Assembly (NCBI GenBank): GCA_051251855.1
Contig: JBPOGI010000002.1
Location: 1 to 64,000 of the forward strand
Source: Roseibacillus sp.
GTDB lineage: Bacteria; Verrucomicrobiota; Verrucomicrobiia; Verrucomicrobiales; Akkermansiaceae
Reading direction: 5' to 3'
Length of the DNA: 64,000 bases
The position numbers and the translations under genes are program-made. Below are positions 36,553 to 45,828 of the stretch, piece by piece; the first letter of the stretch is position 1, and each line of letters begins with the position of its first letter. Under the pieces are notes generated by a model. It was not told the origin of the DNA. It saw nothing but the letters and a program-made list of their open reading frames with translations, and did not search any database.

Positions 36553-38778
36553 TTGCTTGCTTTCAAATCATCTTCGTCCTGGGGCTGGGTTCTCTTGGGT
36601 TGCGGTCTCTCGGGGACGGTAATTGGTCAAGAATTCGAATTGGAAGAGGTCGTGGTGGTTGCTTCCAGAGTGGAGGAGCCCAGGCCCACCAATCGAACTG
36701 TTGGCTCTTCAACCGCCATCACGGCAGAGGAGATTCTTGCCGCGGGTGCAACGAACCTATCGGACGTCTTTAAGTATGAACCAGGAGTTTCGATCCCTTT
36801 CGATACCGCAGGGGTAGATGGCCTAGTTCCCTATCTTGGAGGGGGAGATTCTGCGATTAACATTCGCGGCCTCGAGGGCAACCGCATCTCGATCAATATT
36901 GATGGCATTCGGCAGCCTGAGGATTTCGTGGCTAAGTCCTTCGATGGCTCAGGTGGACCGGGCCGAATTTACTTCGACCCCGCGGTTTTCTCGCAGGTCG
37001 AACTTTCTAAGTCCGCAGCATCGTCTCTCTACGGTTCTGATGCCTTAGGGGGAGTGGTGTCGGGGCGGACCGAGTCTGCCCTCACTTTGCTGGGACCGGA
37101 GCTGGAGGGATATGCGCTGCGGAACAGTCTCACCTTTGCGTCCGTGAATGAGTCGCTTCACAACCGAGTGGCTCATGCTTTTGGAAATGGTCGCACGGCG
37201 GCTTCTGTTGTTTACTCCTACCGTCGAGGGCAAGAACGCCAAAACAATTCCTACTTCCCCGCGAACCCAGCCGATTTTGAATCTCATGCTTATGTGGCGA
37301 CTCTGAATTGGCGGCCTAGTGACGACTCGTTGGTGACCTTCACCGCCGACCATTATCTCTCGGACTCTTTTGTCGATGTCAATAGTTCCGAAGGAGACAC
37401 GGGGCAGGGGATCGTCAATCAGTTTGTGACTTCGGAAGACGCGCGGGAACGGCTTCGATTCTCCTTGGACTACGAAACCAAGCCCGACGTGCCGCATCTG
37501 CTTTTTGATTCTCTCAAGTTGTCTTCCTATTGGCAGGATGCCACTTCGGCGACCGACAATATCCAGCAGGGAATTGCCTTCGGAGGGCTGCGGGATTGGT
37601 TCAATGATATCGATTACCGGACCATCATTTTAGGGCAAAGCTTAGAGGCTGAAAAATCACTGGGGAACCATACCATCACCTATGGAGTGGAGGGTTCCCA
37701 CACTGAAGTGGAAGCCTCGTTCTTTCGGACTCAGAACTTTCCGGGAGGGAGTTCCATCCTTCAGGACCTCATTGGAATGGCTCCCTCGGATGTCTTGCGC
37801 GGAGGGATTTATGTCTCGGACCGCATCACTTTTGGAGACCGCAAGCAACTGGTCCTCACGCCCGCTCTTCGGCTCGACTACTATTCGGTGACTCCTGAGA
37901 ACACGGAGTCCTTTCTCGCCCTCAGCCAAGATACCACTGCTACGGACTATCAAAACATTTCGCTCTCTCCCTCGTTGGCGGTCCGCTACAACGTGAGTGA
38001 CGAACTCAACTTCTTTGGTTCTTGGTCGCAGGGAACACGCAATCCTTCGGCGGAAGAGTTGAATGGAGTTTTTGTTCATGGCGCACAATCCATCGTCATT
38101 CCAAATCCCGACCTCGATGAAGAGCGTTCCAATTCGTTTGAGATCGGGTTTCAATTCGAGAACTCCATTTTCAACGCCCAAGTTTCTGGATACTATAATC
38201 TCTACGATCAGTTTTTTGAGAGCAATATTGCTACGGGAGAATTCACCACGACGGGGCAAGAGATTCTGCAAACCCGTAACCTCGCCGAAGCGGAAATCTA
38301 CGGAGTGGAATTCAAGAGTGACTGGCGTGTTGGGGAGCAGTTCGATTCTTTGCAGGGCCTTTCCGTGGGAGGTTCTCTCGCTTGGAGCGAAGGCCGATAT
38401 GATGATGGTATCAATGGAGATGCTCCTCTCAACTCGATTGAGCCTTGGAAAGCGGTTGGCTACCTCTCCTACGATCATCCCGATGAAAAATGGGGAGCGC
38501 GCCTGACCGCAACTTATTCCGCCGCTAAAGAAGATTCGGATATCGATGGCGACTCTTCCATCCCCGCTGATTCTTGGCTCACGCTGGACTTCGCGGCGAG
38601 TTATCAATTAGGAGAAGGGGTCACCCTTCGCGGAGGCGTTGCTAACCTGTTAGACGAAGAATATATTCTTTGGTCCAACGCGCGGCGAGGAAACGGGCAT
38701 GGCTCGACTGAGTTGCCCAACTCCTTTTTTACGCAGCCGGGCCGCACCTTCTTTGTCGCTTGTGACATTGCTTTTTAA
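36553..38778 (+). CDS. TonB-dependent outer-membrane receptor, heme/hemoglobin type
   Basis: TonB box EEVVVVAS, plug NIRGLEGNRI..NIDG, SSLYGSDALGGVV, FRAP/NPNL-like TRNPS...H...NPDL, C-terminal Phe. Start probably TTG 36553. Confidence 0.88.
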   Translation: MLAFKSSSSWGWVLLGCGLSGTVIGQEFELEEVVVVASRVEEPRPTNRTVGSSTAITAEEILAAGATNLSDVFKYEPGVSIPFDTAGVDGLVPYLGGGDSAINIRGLEGNRISINIDGIRQPEDFVAKSFDGSGGPGRIYFDPAVFSQVELSKSAASSLYGSDALGGVVSGRTESALTLLGPELEGYALRNSLTFASVNESLHNRVAHAFGNGRTAASVVYSYRRGQERQNNSYFPANPADFESHAYVATLNWRPSDDSLVTFTADHYLSDSFVDVNSSEGDTGQGIVNQFVTSEDARERLRFSLDYETKPDVPHLLFDSLKLSSYWQDATSATDNIQQGIAFGGLRDWFNDIDYRTIILGQSLEAEKSLGNHTITYGVEGSHTEVEASFFRTQNFPGGSSILQDLIGMAPSDVLRGGIYVSDRITFGDRKQLVLTPALRLDYYSVTPENTESFLALSQDTTATDYQNISLSPSLAVRYNVSDELNFFGSWSQGTRNPSAEELNGVFVHGAQSIVIPNPDLDEERSNSFEIGFQFENSIFNAQVSGYYNLYDQFFESNIATGEFTTTGQEILQTRNLAEAEIYGVEFKSDWRVGEQFDSLQGLSVGGSLAWSEGRYDDGINGDAPLNSIEPWKAVGYLSYDHPDEKWGARLTATYSAAKEDSDIDGDSSIPADSWLTLDFAASYQLGEGVTLRGGVANLLDEEYILWSNARRGNGHGSTELPNSFFTQPGRTFFVACDIAF

Positions 38779-38788
38779 GGGGCACAGC

Positions 38789-38819
38789 CCATCGGCCACT
38801 AAAGAAGAGCAACCGAGCG
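38789..38819 (+). promoter_or_regulatory. tandem direct-repeat operator 2 (CCATCGGCCA-N11-CAACCGAGCG)
   Basis: Same motif and spacing as the other three copies. Confidence 0.55.
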
Positions 38820-38855
38820 ACAGTGCGTTTCTGGTGTTTGAGCCACCTTTGAGAT

Positions 38856-39683
38856 ATGAAATTGATGTCCTGTAGCCTCCTCCTGGCTGTTCCGCTATGC
38901 GCAGACACGAGCGGCTTGCTTGTTCCTGCGTTGCGAGGTTCTAACAGTACTGCCTATGCTGAGTGGGATACCTTCAGCGGCCTCAGCACCGTCAATGGCA
39001 CGGGTTCCGCCTCACCCGATGCGGTGCATCAGCTTACTGGAGCCGTGTTGACTCAGTCCTCGCCGCTCTCTTTTCCGGGAGGATTGAAATACACTACCGC
39101 CACTGACTTGCGGGTTTACACCTTTGATTCCGCCACGAACTGGACTCTTTCGGGCACTTCCGATGTGGGCTACAATCGTGCCACTCTGCGCACGGTGGAG
39201 CTTCTCGACTCCTCTCGCGGCGATGGCGAGGAACCCGTTGGTCTTACGGATTACAGTGTCACTCTCAATACAGTGTTGCCTGCCTCGACCTCCACTGAGG
39301 CCCGAACTGAAACGGTGACCATCAACGGTTATTCCTTCGACCGCGATATCGCAATCACCACCTTTATCTGGGAATTGCCCCAAGAGGTCACTGCCTTGAA
39401 TCTCATTCTTCTTGGTCCCGCTGATTCTCATGATTCTCTTGATGCCTTTGTTCTCGATCTAGAAAACGTTAGTGAGCTGCCCACACCGCAAATCTCGGTA
39501 GCGGGTAATCAGGTGACGGTGTTGTGGCCTGAGAGTTCATCTGCCACTTTGCAATCGAGTGACGATATCACGGACTCTCACAATTGGCTGGATGTCACCA
39601 CTGGCGTGGGCATCGTCAACGGATTTCACTCCATCACTTTCACTGCTGGTGCTGTGCCTACCTTCTTTCGTTTCCGCCAATGA
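38856..39683 (+). CDS. secreted beta-rich protein with verrucomicrobial C-terminal '...W...FFR' domain
   Basis: Signal peptide; C-terminal VTVLWP..ATLQSS.D...W...PTFFRFRQ. Confidence 0.75.
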   Translation: MKLMSCSLLLAVPLCADTSGLLVPALRGSNSTAYAEWDTFSGLSTVNGTGSASPDAVHQLTGAVLTQSSPLSFPGGLKYTTATDLRVYTFDSATNWTLSGTSDVGYNRATLRTVELLDSSRGDGEEPVGLTDYSVTLNTVLPASTSTEARTETVTINGYSFDRDIAITTFIWELPQEVTALNLILLGPADSHDSLDAFVLDLENVSELPTPQISVAGNQVTVLWPESSSATLQSSDDITDSHNWLDVTTGVGIVNGFHSITFTAGAVPTFFRFRQ

Positions 39684-39689
39684 TTCGAG

Positions 39690-39720
39690 CAATCGAGCAC
39701 TAGCTCTCGACAACTTAGCG
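39690..39720 (+). promoter_or_regulatory. tandem direct-repeat operator 3 (CAATCGAGCA-N11-CAACTTAGCG)
   Basis: Same motif and spacing as the other three copies. Confidence 0.65.
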
Positions 39721-39762
39721 ACAGCGCTAATCTGATAGATACTCCAAGTTTTCCTCAACCAA

Positions 39763-40443
39763 ATGAAAAACAAATACATTACGAGTCTACTCCTCGCCGG
39801 TAGAATCTCTTGCTCTGCGACTACCACTTTTCTCAATGACCCCAATAGTCTTGTGGGGGCTTCCTGGGATGTTTGGACTCAGCAGAGCGCGGTGGTGGTC
39901 AGCGGTCTCGACCAAGGCGCTACCCAGTCTATCTTTGGTTCCTTAGGTGTGACTGGTAGTTCGGTATCTACTGATATTTTGCAGGCTTATGATAATGAGT
40001 CCTTCACGGGTCTTGGATTTAATTCGAGCACGTATTATGTCCATAACGGAGCTTTCCAATGGAACGGACTTCTCTCGATATCGGAGGCAGTGACTTTTGC
40101 TCGAGTCAGCTATGCACTCGTGGGTGGGGGACCTGGGGGCGCGCTCGTGGGCTTTGAGAATGCGCCATCGATTGCGGGAGCATCGCTCCTTGCTTCTGGG
40201 AGCTATGACACCACTGAATCGACCGTGTTTTACTATGATTTTGCCCTTTCGAGTGCGAGCGCCAGCTTGCAGAGCTCGTTTGGCGATGTGGTCACTCCTG
40301 GTTTTTACCCTGGAAGCTTCCGCTCATTGGATGCCATTCAGATTGAGGGGCTTGATGTGGCTCCGACTGTGATTCCAGAACCTTCATCACTCCTCCTTTC
40401 TTTTCTTGCGGGCCTTACTGCTTTGGCTCGTCGGAGACGGTAG
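39763..40443 (+). CDS. PEP-CTERM sorting-domain surface protein
   Basis: Signal peptide; C-terminus VIPEPSSLLLSFLAGLTALARRRR. Confidence 0.92.
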   Translation: MKNKYITSLLLAGRISCSATTTFLNDPNSLVGASWDVWTQQSAVVVSGLDQGATQSIFGSLGVTGSSVSTDILQAYDNESFTGLGFNSSTYYVHNGAFQWNGLLSISEAVTFARVSYALVGGGPGGALVGFENAPSIAGASLLASGSYDTTESTVFYYDFALSSASASLQSSFGDVVTPGFYPGSFRSLDAIQIEGLDVAPTVIPEPSSLLLSFLAGLTALARRRR

Positions 40444-40466
40444 CAATTTCACGAGGATGGCTGGTT

Positions 40467-40503
40467 GCTCATGGCCTGTTCTTTCATTTATCAGGCCATG
40501 AGC
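40467..40503. terminator. 12-bp perfect inverted repeat after the PEP-CTERM gene
   Basis: GCTCATGGCCTG-N13-CAGGCCATGAGC; no strong U tract. Confidence 0.45.
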
Positions 40504-40517
40504 CCTCTTCAAAATGA

Positions 40518-40548
40518 CAATCGAGCGACAACTTCGGGCAATGGCCCA
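40518..40548 (+). promoter_or_regulatory. tandem direct-repeat operator 4 (CAATCGAGCG-N11-CAATGGCCCA)
   Basis: Same motif and spacing; upstream of tonB. Confidence 0.65.
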
Positions 40549-40596
40549 TCAGAGGGCTTGCCTGATTGTCCTTAAGCTAGAGCCCTTCCAGTTGAT

Positions 40597-41553
40597 ATGA
40601 ATCATTCACCTTCCGACAGCGCCAGACACACCCCGAAGTTGCTTGTGGTGCCTAGTGAGGAGTTGACACTTGCTCCGAGCTTGGTGCAGTCGAAGAAACG
40701 CTGGGGGAGTGGCATGGTTTCTTTTGCGATAGCCTCTGCTATTTTGTGTCTTTGCGGAGTTGCTTTTGCATTGGCCCATATTTCGACCCTCGAGCCCGAC
40801 GCCTCTCCTATCTTGGTTCACTCGAGTCCACCTTTGAGAAAGGAGAATACTGAGGAGAGTGCGACTCCGGTATCGGCCTCTAGTCGTGTGGTTTCCCTTC
40901 CTCCGAGTCCTCTACAAAATCGAGTCCAGCCTCATGCAATCCTCTCGGTGTCCGCTCCGGAGTCCTCGTTCTCTTTTCCGTCAGTTGAAGAGTTAGGAAT
41001 GGATGCCAGCGAGAAAATCGCTCTTCTGGAAAAACTTAACGCGCAGGAAGAGGAGCGCATGAATCAACTCTTACTCGCTGAAAAAGCGGCTGAGGAAGAG
41101 AAGAAGAAGCTGGTAGAACTGGCTCTTCAGAAACGTTTGGAAGACGAGCGGCGAGAGAAAGAGCTTCTCGCGCAGCAGGAGGAAGCTGCTCGCAGGCAGC
41201 GTGAGGTGGCTGCACTCCGTCAGTCCCAAGTGCGCGAGCAGGCTGAACGGGACAGGGCGACTTCTTTGGCGCGGCAGGTGTCGAGGGCGCCTACGGTCTC
41301 AAAACGGTCTCAGCCTCGCTATCCGAGTAGTGCCCGCAAGGCGGGGTTTGAAGGAACGACGCGCATTTCCGCAACGGTCACTTCATCAGGAAAAGTGGAA
41401 GCTCCCCACGTAGTAGTGAGCTCGGGTCACAGCTCGTTGGATTCTTCGGCACTCGCGGCGGTGAAGAAGTGGCACTTCAATCCTGCCCAGAATTCCGTGG
41501 GAGACTCGATCGCCTATCAGCTGACGATTCCTGTCACTTTTCGTTTAAACTAG
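40597..41553 (+). CDS. tonB: energy transducer TonB
   Basis: N-terminal TM anchor, charged linker, C-terminal PRYP..AR..G.EG...SSGH..LD..AL.AVKKWHF.PA...IPVTFRL. Confidence 0.9.
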   Translation: MNHSPSDSARHTPKLLVVPSEELTLAPSLVQSKKRWGSGMVSFAIASAILCLCGVAFALAHISTLEPDASPILVHSSPPLRKENTEESATPVSASSRVVSLPPSPLQNRVQPHAILSVSAPESSFSFPSVEELGMDASEKIALLEKLNAQEEERMNQLLLAEKAAEEEKKKLVELALQKRLEDERREKELLAQQEEAARRQREVAALRQSQVREQAERDRATSLARQVSRAPTVSKRSQPRYPSSARKAGFEGTTRISATVTSSGKVEAPHVVVSSGHSSLDSSALAAVKKWHFNPAQNSVGDSIAYQLTIPVTFRLN

Positions 41554-41557
41554 CTGG

Positions 41558-42574
41558 TCATTGCCCCAAAGGCTGGGGGAGGAACCCGAAGACGCGTTTG
41601 ACCGCTTCGCGCTTGAGTCGGAGTTCCCGCCACTCATTGACAAGGCGGCTTGGTTCAATGACGCCGCAGCCTGCAGGAATTTGCACTTGTTTGCCCTGCC
41701 AGAGGGTCATGCGAATGCCGACTAGAGCTTCAAATGTGCCGTCCATGAAAAGCCCAAAGGGAGCTCCGAACCACTCTGGGCACCCAAGGCGTTGCCGCCA
41801 GTCATAGAGTGCGGCGAGGGTTTCAGAAGTGCGGGGGAGGGGGCCTAGTGCAGGAGTAGGATGGAGGCGGCGGACGAGGGTTTCGGGGCTCTCGGGTCGG
41901 TAAAGTTCGACCTCGATGGGGGTGTGAAAGTGAATCAGTTCTCCGAGGTCGAGAATTTGTCTGTCCTTACGCTGCACCATGCCAAAGTCGGCGAGTTTGG
42001 CCATCAAGGTCTGGGCCACAAACTCATGTTCACGTATTTCTTTCTCATCGACGCCAAAGAGCTCGCGCTCTTCGCTCCGGGCGGTGCCGGCGAGGGCCAT
42101 GGTGGTGAGAAGGCCTTTGTCCAAATGAAAGAGCTGCTCCGGAGTGGCGGAAAGGACGCCTTGCTCGCCATCGGCCCAGCCAAAGAGTCGCATGTCTTGG
42201 GCGAGTTGTTTGGGAAGGTCTTGCCAGCGAGTGGGCGGGCCTTCCCAAGTGCCGACTTCGGTCACTACAGGGACGGACTTTTCTAGCCCGCCCCCTTGGA
42301 TTCGCTCCATGACTTCGCGGAAGACTTCGGCGAAGCCTCCAGCTTCGGGGTCTTGCCATTGAATGGGGCTGTTCGCTTCTTGGGTGAAGAGGCCCGCGAG
42401 TGAGTCAACGAATTCGACTCGGGCGGGTCGGTGCCAAGGCTTCTTTGATTGCAGGGCGAAGTCGTTGCGATAGAAGGCGATGCCTTCAGTCGGGCATTCT
42501 TCCAACTCTTCAAAGGGGCCATGCCCGAGAACGATGCGGCCATCCGCGGTAGCGAAGCAGGCCCAGTCCATCAT
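41558..42574 (-). CDS. chorismate-binding (MST-family) enzyme, isochorismate synthase-like
   Basis: SATPEQL, TMALAGT, KEIREHEFV, LHPTPALG, PAGCGV...EW.EL.LK. Confidence 0.82.
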   Translation of the reverse strand: MMDWACFATADGRIVLGHGPFEELEECPTEGIAFYRNDFALQSKKPWHRPARVEFVDSLAGLFTQEANSPIQWQDPEAGGFAEVFREVMERIQGGGLEKSVPVVTEVGTWEGPPTRWQDLPKQLAQDMRLFGWADGEQGVLSATPEQLFHLDKGLLTTMALAGTARSEERELFGVDEKEIREHEFVAQTLMAKLADFGMVQRKDRQILDLGELIHFHTPIEVELYRPESPETLVRRLHPTPALGPLPRTSETLAALYDWRQRLGCPEWFGAPFGLFMDGTFEALVGIRMTLWQGKQVQIPAGCGVIEPSRLVNEWRELRLKREAVKRVFGFLPQPLGQ

Positions 42575-42589
42575 TCGTGAGTGGGGGAG

Positions 42590-43363
42590 TTATTCAGCAA
42601 CGGCTGCAGAACCGTTTTCGATGATTTGCAGGAAGCTATCCACCTCCATGCTGGCTCCTCCTACGAGGGCTCCGTCGATGTCAGGTTGGCCCAGAAGCTC
42701 GGCTGCATTGCCAGGCTTAACGCTACCACCGTATTGGATACGCACTTTATCAGCAACGTCGCCCCCAAAGGCTTCCGCGAGAATGACGCGCACTTTCGCG
42801 TGGGCTTCTTGTGCTTGTTCGGGAGAAGCAGTGACTCCAGTGCCGATGGCCCAGACGGGCTCGTAGGCGAGGACAGTGTCGAGAATGTCTTTTTCGGAAA
42901 GGCCTTTGAGACCTTCTGTGAGCTGACGGCGAAGAACTTCGTCGAGCTTGCCGGACTCACGTTCTTCGAGGGTCTCTCCGATACAGAAAATGGGTTTGAG
43001 GTTTGTCTCGCGAACCTTGTGCATCTTGGCGTTAAGAATTTCGTCTGTTTCACCATAAATTGCGCGCCGCTCGCTGTGACCGATGATGACGTAGGGGATG
43101 TAGAGCTCCTTGAGCATCATGACATTGGTTTCGCCCGTATAGGCACCGGCATCGTATTGAGAGACATTTTGTGCGGCGACAGACACGTCGTGGCTCGCAA
43201 GAAGGGTCGTTGCGGTGGGAAGGCTGATGAAGGAGGGAGCAATCACCACGTCGCATTTGTCAGTGGCCTTTCCAATTTTTGAGACCAGACCTTTGATAAA
43301 GTCCTCAGTTTCTGCTGGACCTTTATTCATCTTCCAGTTGGCGGCAATTATCGGCTTTCTCAT
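42590..43363 (-). CDS. tpiA: triosephosphate isomerase
   Basis: ANWKMNK, IIGHSERR, AYEPVWAIGTG, YGGSVK, LVGGAS. Confidence 0.99.
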   Translation of the reverse strand: MRKPIIAANWKMNKGPAETEDFIKGLVSKIGKATDKCDVVIAPSFISLPTATTLLASHDVSVAAQNVSQYDAGAYTGETNVMMLKELYIPYVIIGHSERRAIYGETDEILNAKMHKVRETNLKPIFCIGETLEERESGKLDEVLRRQLTEGLKGLSEKDILDTVLAYEPVWAIGTGVTASPEQAQEAHAKVRVILAEAFGGDVADKVRIQYGGSVKPGNAAELLGQPDIDGALVGGASMEVDSFLQIIENGSAAVAE

Positions 43364-43456
43364 AAAAATAGGACGTTGTTTTGGGTGAACCCGTGGGGTC
43401 CTTTACCCTGAGATTGCGGGGCAAGCAAGACTTGAAATAGAGTCAAAGTGGCGCGG

Positions 43457-45109
43457 TTATGGTCGTCCCGCCTCCCAAAGCTCTTTGATTTCCTCTTCAC
43501 TCCAAGCTTTTTTGGAGATGATGAATTCGTCAATTTGGCCGTCGAGGTTACGAACTTCGAACTCGGTGCCTTGTGCCCATTCCCGATAGGGCCAGTTGCC
43601 GATGTCGGCGACTCCGATGCTGAGTGGGCGCACCTCATCAATTGGCTGGAAGTCAATCAGGTGGCCATTTTGGAAGTGGTTAACGCGCTTTTTCTCGGGA
43701 TCGTAGACTACCGCAAGATGTACCCAATCTCCCAATTTGGTCGCCTTTGGTCTCAGGAGGTTGATGTTTGAGTGATAGTGGTTGCGGAGTTCCCTGCTCG
43801 GAGGAATAGGGCCGCCTTCGCTATCTGTCTCTGAGAAGTGAAGGTGGAGCCCGTCGGTCTCGGTTTTGGTGATGGTCCAATGGATAAAGCTCTTTTGTCG
43901 GGTCTCTGGGTGCAGGAGAGAGACTTCAGCAGAGTTGAGGCTGTCCAGTTTAACCCAAGTAGCGAGGGTGAGATTCTCGTATTTTCCAGGGAGATTGAGT
44001 CGGATTCGGTGAGACGAATTACTAAAGGCGAGGCTGCCTTTGTCGGGCCAGCGCCCTTTAGTCCAATCGCAACCGACAATCGCTCCGTCGGTGTCGGGGG
44101 GACCTTGGAGGGCTCGATTTCGGACGGTTCGTTCCCAAGCCGAGTCTCTAGCAAAGAGATAGCCCACGAGGGTATCTTCTTGGGCCATGAGGGCGCGCTG
44201 ATAGTCTTGCCATTGAACAAACCGCTGTTGAGTCTCACGGTCAAATGCCCGCCAAGTTGGAAAGTTGTCTATTTTTGCAAAGGTCGGAGTAACGATTCCT
44301 TCCGATGAGCAGATGATTCCGTGTCCTTCATCAAGAGCCTGCTCTTTACCGGTATCCTGCAGAAAATTCAGACTGCCAGAGAGGACGTGCACCTCACCTT
44401 GGCCTTCCTTAGATACTTGAATTCCGAACTCCGAATGGTCGTTGATGATATCGAAGAAGGGGGTTTCTACTGAAAACCCTTTGGCAGGGGGAGGGATCTT
44501 ACCGCGCAGGGAGCCATACTCTAGTTTTGCTCGCTTCGGATTTTGTAAGTCAAGCCGAGCAGGACCTTCCACAATGAGGACCGCGCCGGAGTAAAAGTCG
44601 ATTTGAGCCATCCCCTCGAAGAGCTCGATTCTTCCCTTGCCGACGGGTCTTCCGCTCTTGATAGCGGCAGAAGAGAGGGTTGTCCCACCTCCCCAGACGG
44701 CTCCTACGGTGTGGGAGACGACGGCAATACCTTTGACCTCTTGCGCTTCGATGCTCGCGAGAATTTTCGAGGCCTCAGTTTGGGGCTCGTTGAGATCGGA
44801 GACCCACTTGAGGTGAGGAAGGAGGAAGTAAGCGAGGATTCCAATGGCAGCGATTCCCAAAACTGGGATCACCCAGCGGGGCACCTTCTCGCGACTGCTA
44901 GCCAGCCGTTCGTCCTGACCGCTCCAAGTGCGGACAGCATCTCGTACAGCAGCCCCGAGGTAGAGGTGCTCAACAAGGCGACGTCTCTCCTTGGGGTGGT
45001 TTCGGATGATTTCGCGGAGGTCTTTTTGGGCCTCTTCATCCATCCGGTTGTCACGCAGCTGCTCAGCAAGCCTGTCGACGTCCTTCTCGGAGTAACTGCC
45101 CCGTCTCAC
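43457..45109 (-). CDS. FecR-like anti-sigma/sensor with C-terminal LamG (concanavalin-like) domain
   Basis: TM helix, G...IVEGPA.L...GF.V.TP...EFG..V, then WVHLAVVYD...LDGQIDEF. GTG start overlaps the sigma gene stop. Confidence 0.82.
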   Translation of the reverse strand: MRRGSYSEKDVDRLAEQLRDNRMDEEAQKDLREIIRNHPKERRRLVEHLYLGAAVRDAVRTWSGQDERLASSREKVPRWVIPVLGIAAIGILAYFLLPHLKWVSDLNEPQTEASKILASIEAQEVKGIAVVSHTVGAVWGGGTTLSSAAIKSGRPVGKGRIELFEGMAQIDFYSGAVLIVEGPARLDLQNPKRAKLEYGSLRGKIPPPAKGFSVETPFFDIINDHSEFGIQVSKEGQGEVHVLSGSLNFLQDTGKEQALDEGHGIICSSEGIVTPTFAKIDNFPTWRAFDRETQQRFVQWQDYQRALMAQEDTLVGYLFARDSAWERTVRNRALQGPPDTDGAIVGCDWTKGRWPDKGSLAFSNSSHRIRLNLPGKYENLTLATWVKLDSLNSAEVSLLHPETRQKSFIHWTITKTETDGLHLHFSETDSEGGPIPPSRELRNHYHSNINLLRPKATKLGDWVHLAVVYDPEKKRVNHFQNGHLIDFQPIDEVRPLSIGVADIGNWPYREWAQGTEFEVRNLDGQIDEFIISKKAWSEEEIKELWEAGRP

Positions 45110-45693
45110 GCAAGGCCCTCCCGCTGATTTTTCTTTCGGGATTGCATGCGGTTCTTGATGCAATCCAAGAGCAGGCCGTGTGCTTTCTCCAAAAGAAAAT
45201 AGATGGAGCGAATGCTCATGCGCTGCTCTTTGGCAATCTCGGTAACTGGAGAGTCCTTTTGGTAACGGGCCCAAACGACTTGGCGGCACTTTTGGGGGAG
45301 ACGTCCAAGGCAATGGACCAAATCGTCACGTTGGTCATCGAAGTCGCAGCCAACAGCAACCGCCTCATCGGCAAGAGCCATGAGTTCATTGTCGTCGAGA
45401 GAGAGGGGCAAGCGTGCTTGTTTACGACGCCAGTTGAGAGCGCAAAATCGCGCCACACTCATAGCCCAAGCAGCGAAGTCGGTACCTTCTTCGAATTGGT
45501 CGAACTTACGCCATAGCACCATGGAGACTTCTTGCAAAAGGTCTTCCGAGCCCTGGTGATTATGGGTCAAAGAATAGACAAAGCCGTAGATACGGTGGCG
45601 GTTGGCGATAAGTAACTGTGAGAAGAGGGCGCCTCGATCGCCGTCTTGCTGCGTTTCTTGCTTGGGGTTGTCTTTGTCCGCTGGGTCGCTCAC
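45106..45693 (-). CDS. ECF sigma-70 factor (PVC type)
   Basis: EDLLQEV..VLWRKFDQFEEGTDFAAWA..VAR; region 4 CL..LP...R. Start uncertain (45693-45759). Confidence 0.9.
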   Translation of the reverse strand: MSDPADKDNPKQETQQDGDRGALFSQLLIANRHRIYGFVYSLTHNHQGSEDLLQEVSMVLWRKFDQFEEGTDFAAWAMSVARFCALNWRRKQARLPLSLDDNELMALADEAVAVGCDFDDQRDDLVHCLGRLPQKCRQVVWARYQKDSPVTEIAKEQRMSIRSIYFLLEKAHGLLLDCIKNRMQSRKKNQREGLA

Positions 45694-45828
45694 TTGTGTG
45701 GAAAGGGTAGGGGATAAATGCTCTTTGGTGAAGTATTGAAACGCGAACTTATCTCCCAAATTTCATAAACTATTCTGCACTTCTGGCCTTGGGGAGACAT
45801 TGAATCTCTGACGCGAGCGCGATTCCTT

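Noticed and set aside
41558..42574. Isochorismate synthase-like gene as siderophore biosynthesis for the neighbouring iron locus
   Set aside because: It is on the opposite strand, coupled to tpiA, lacks the shared operator, and no NRPS or entAB-type genes are nearby; a housekeeping role such as menaquinone synthesis is more likely.
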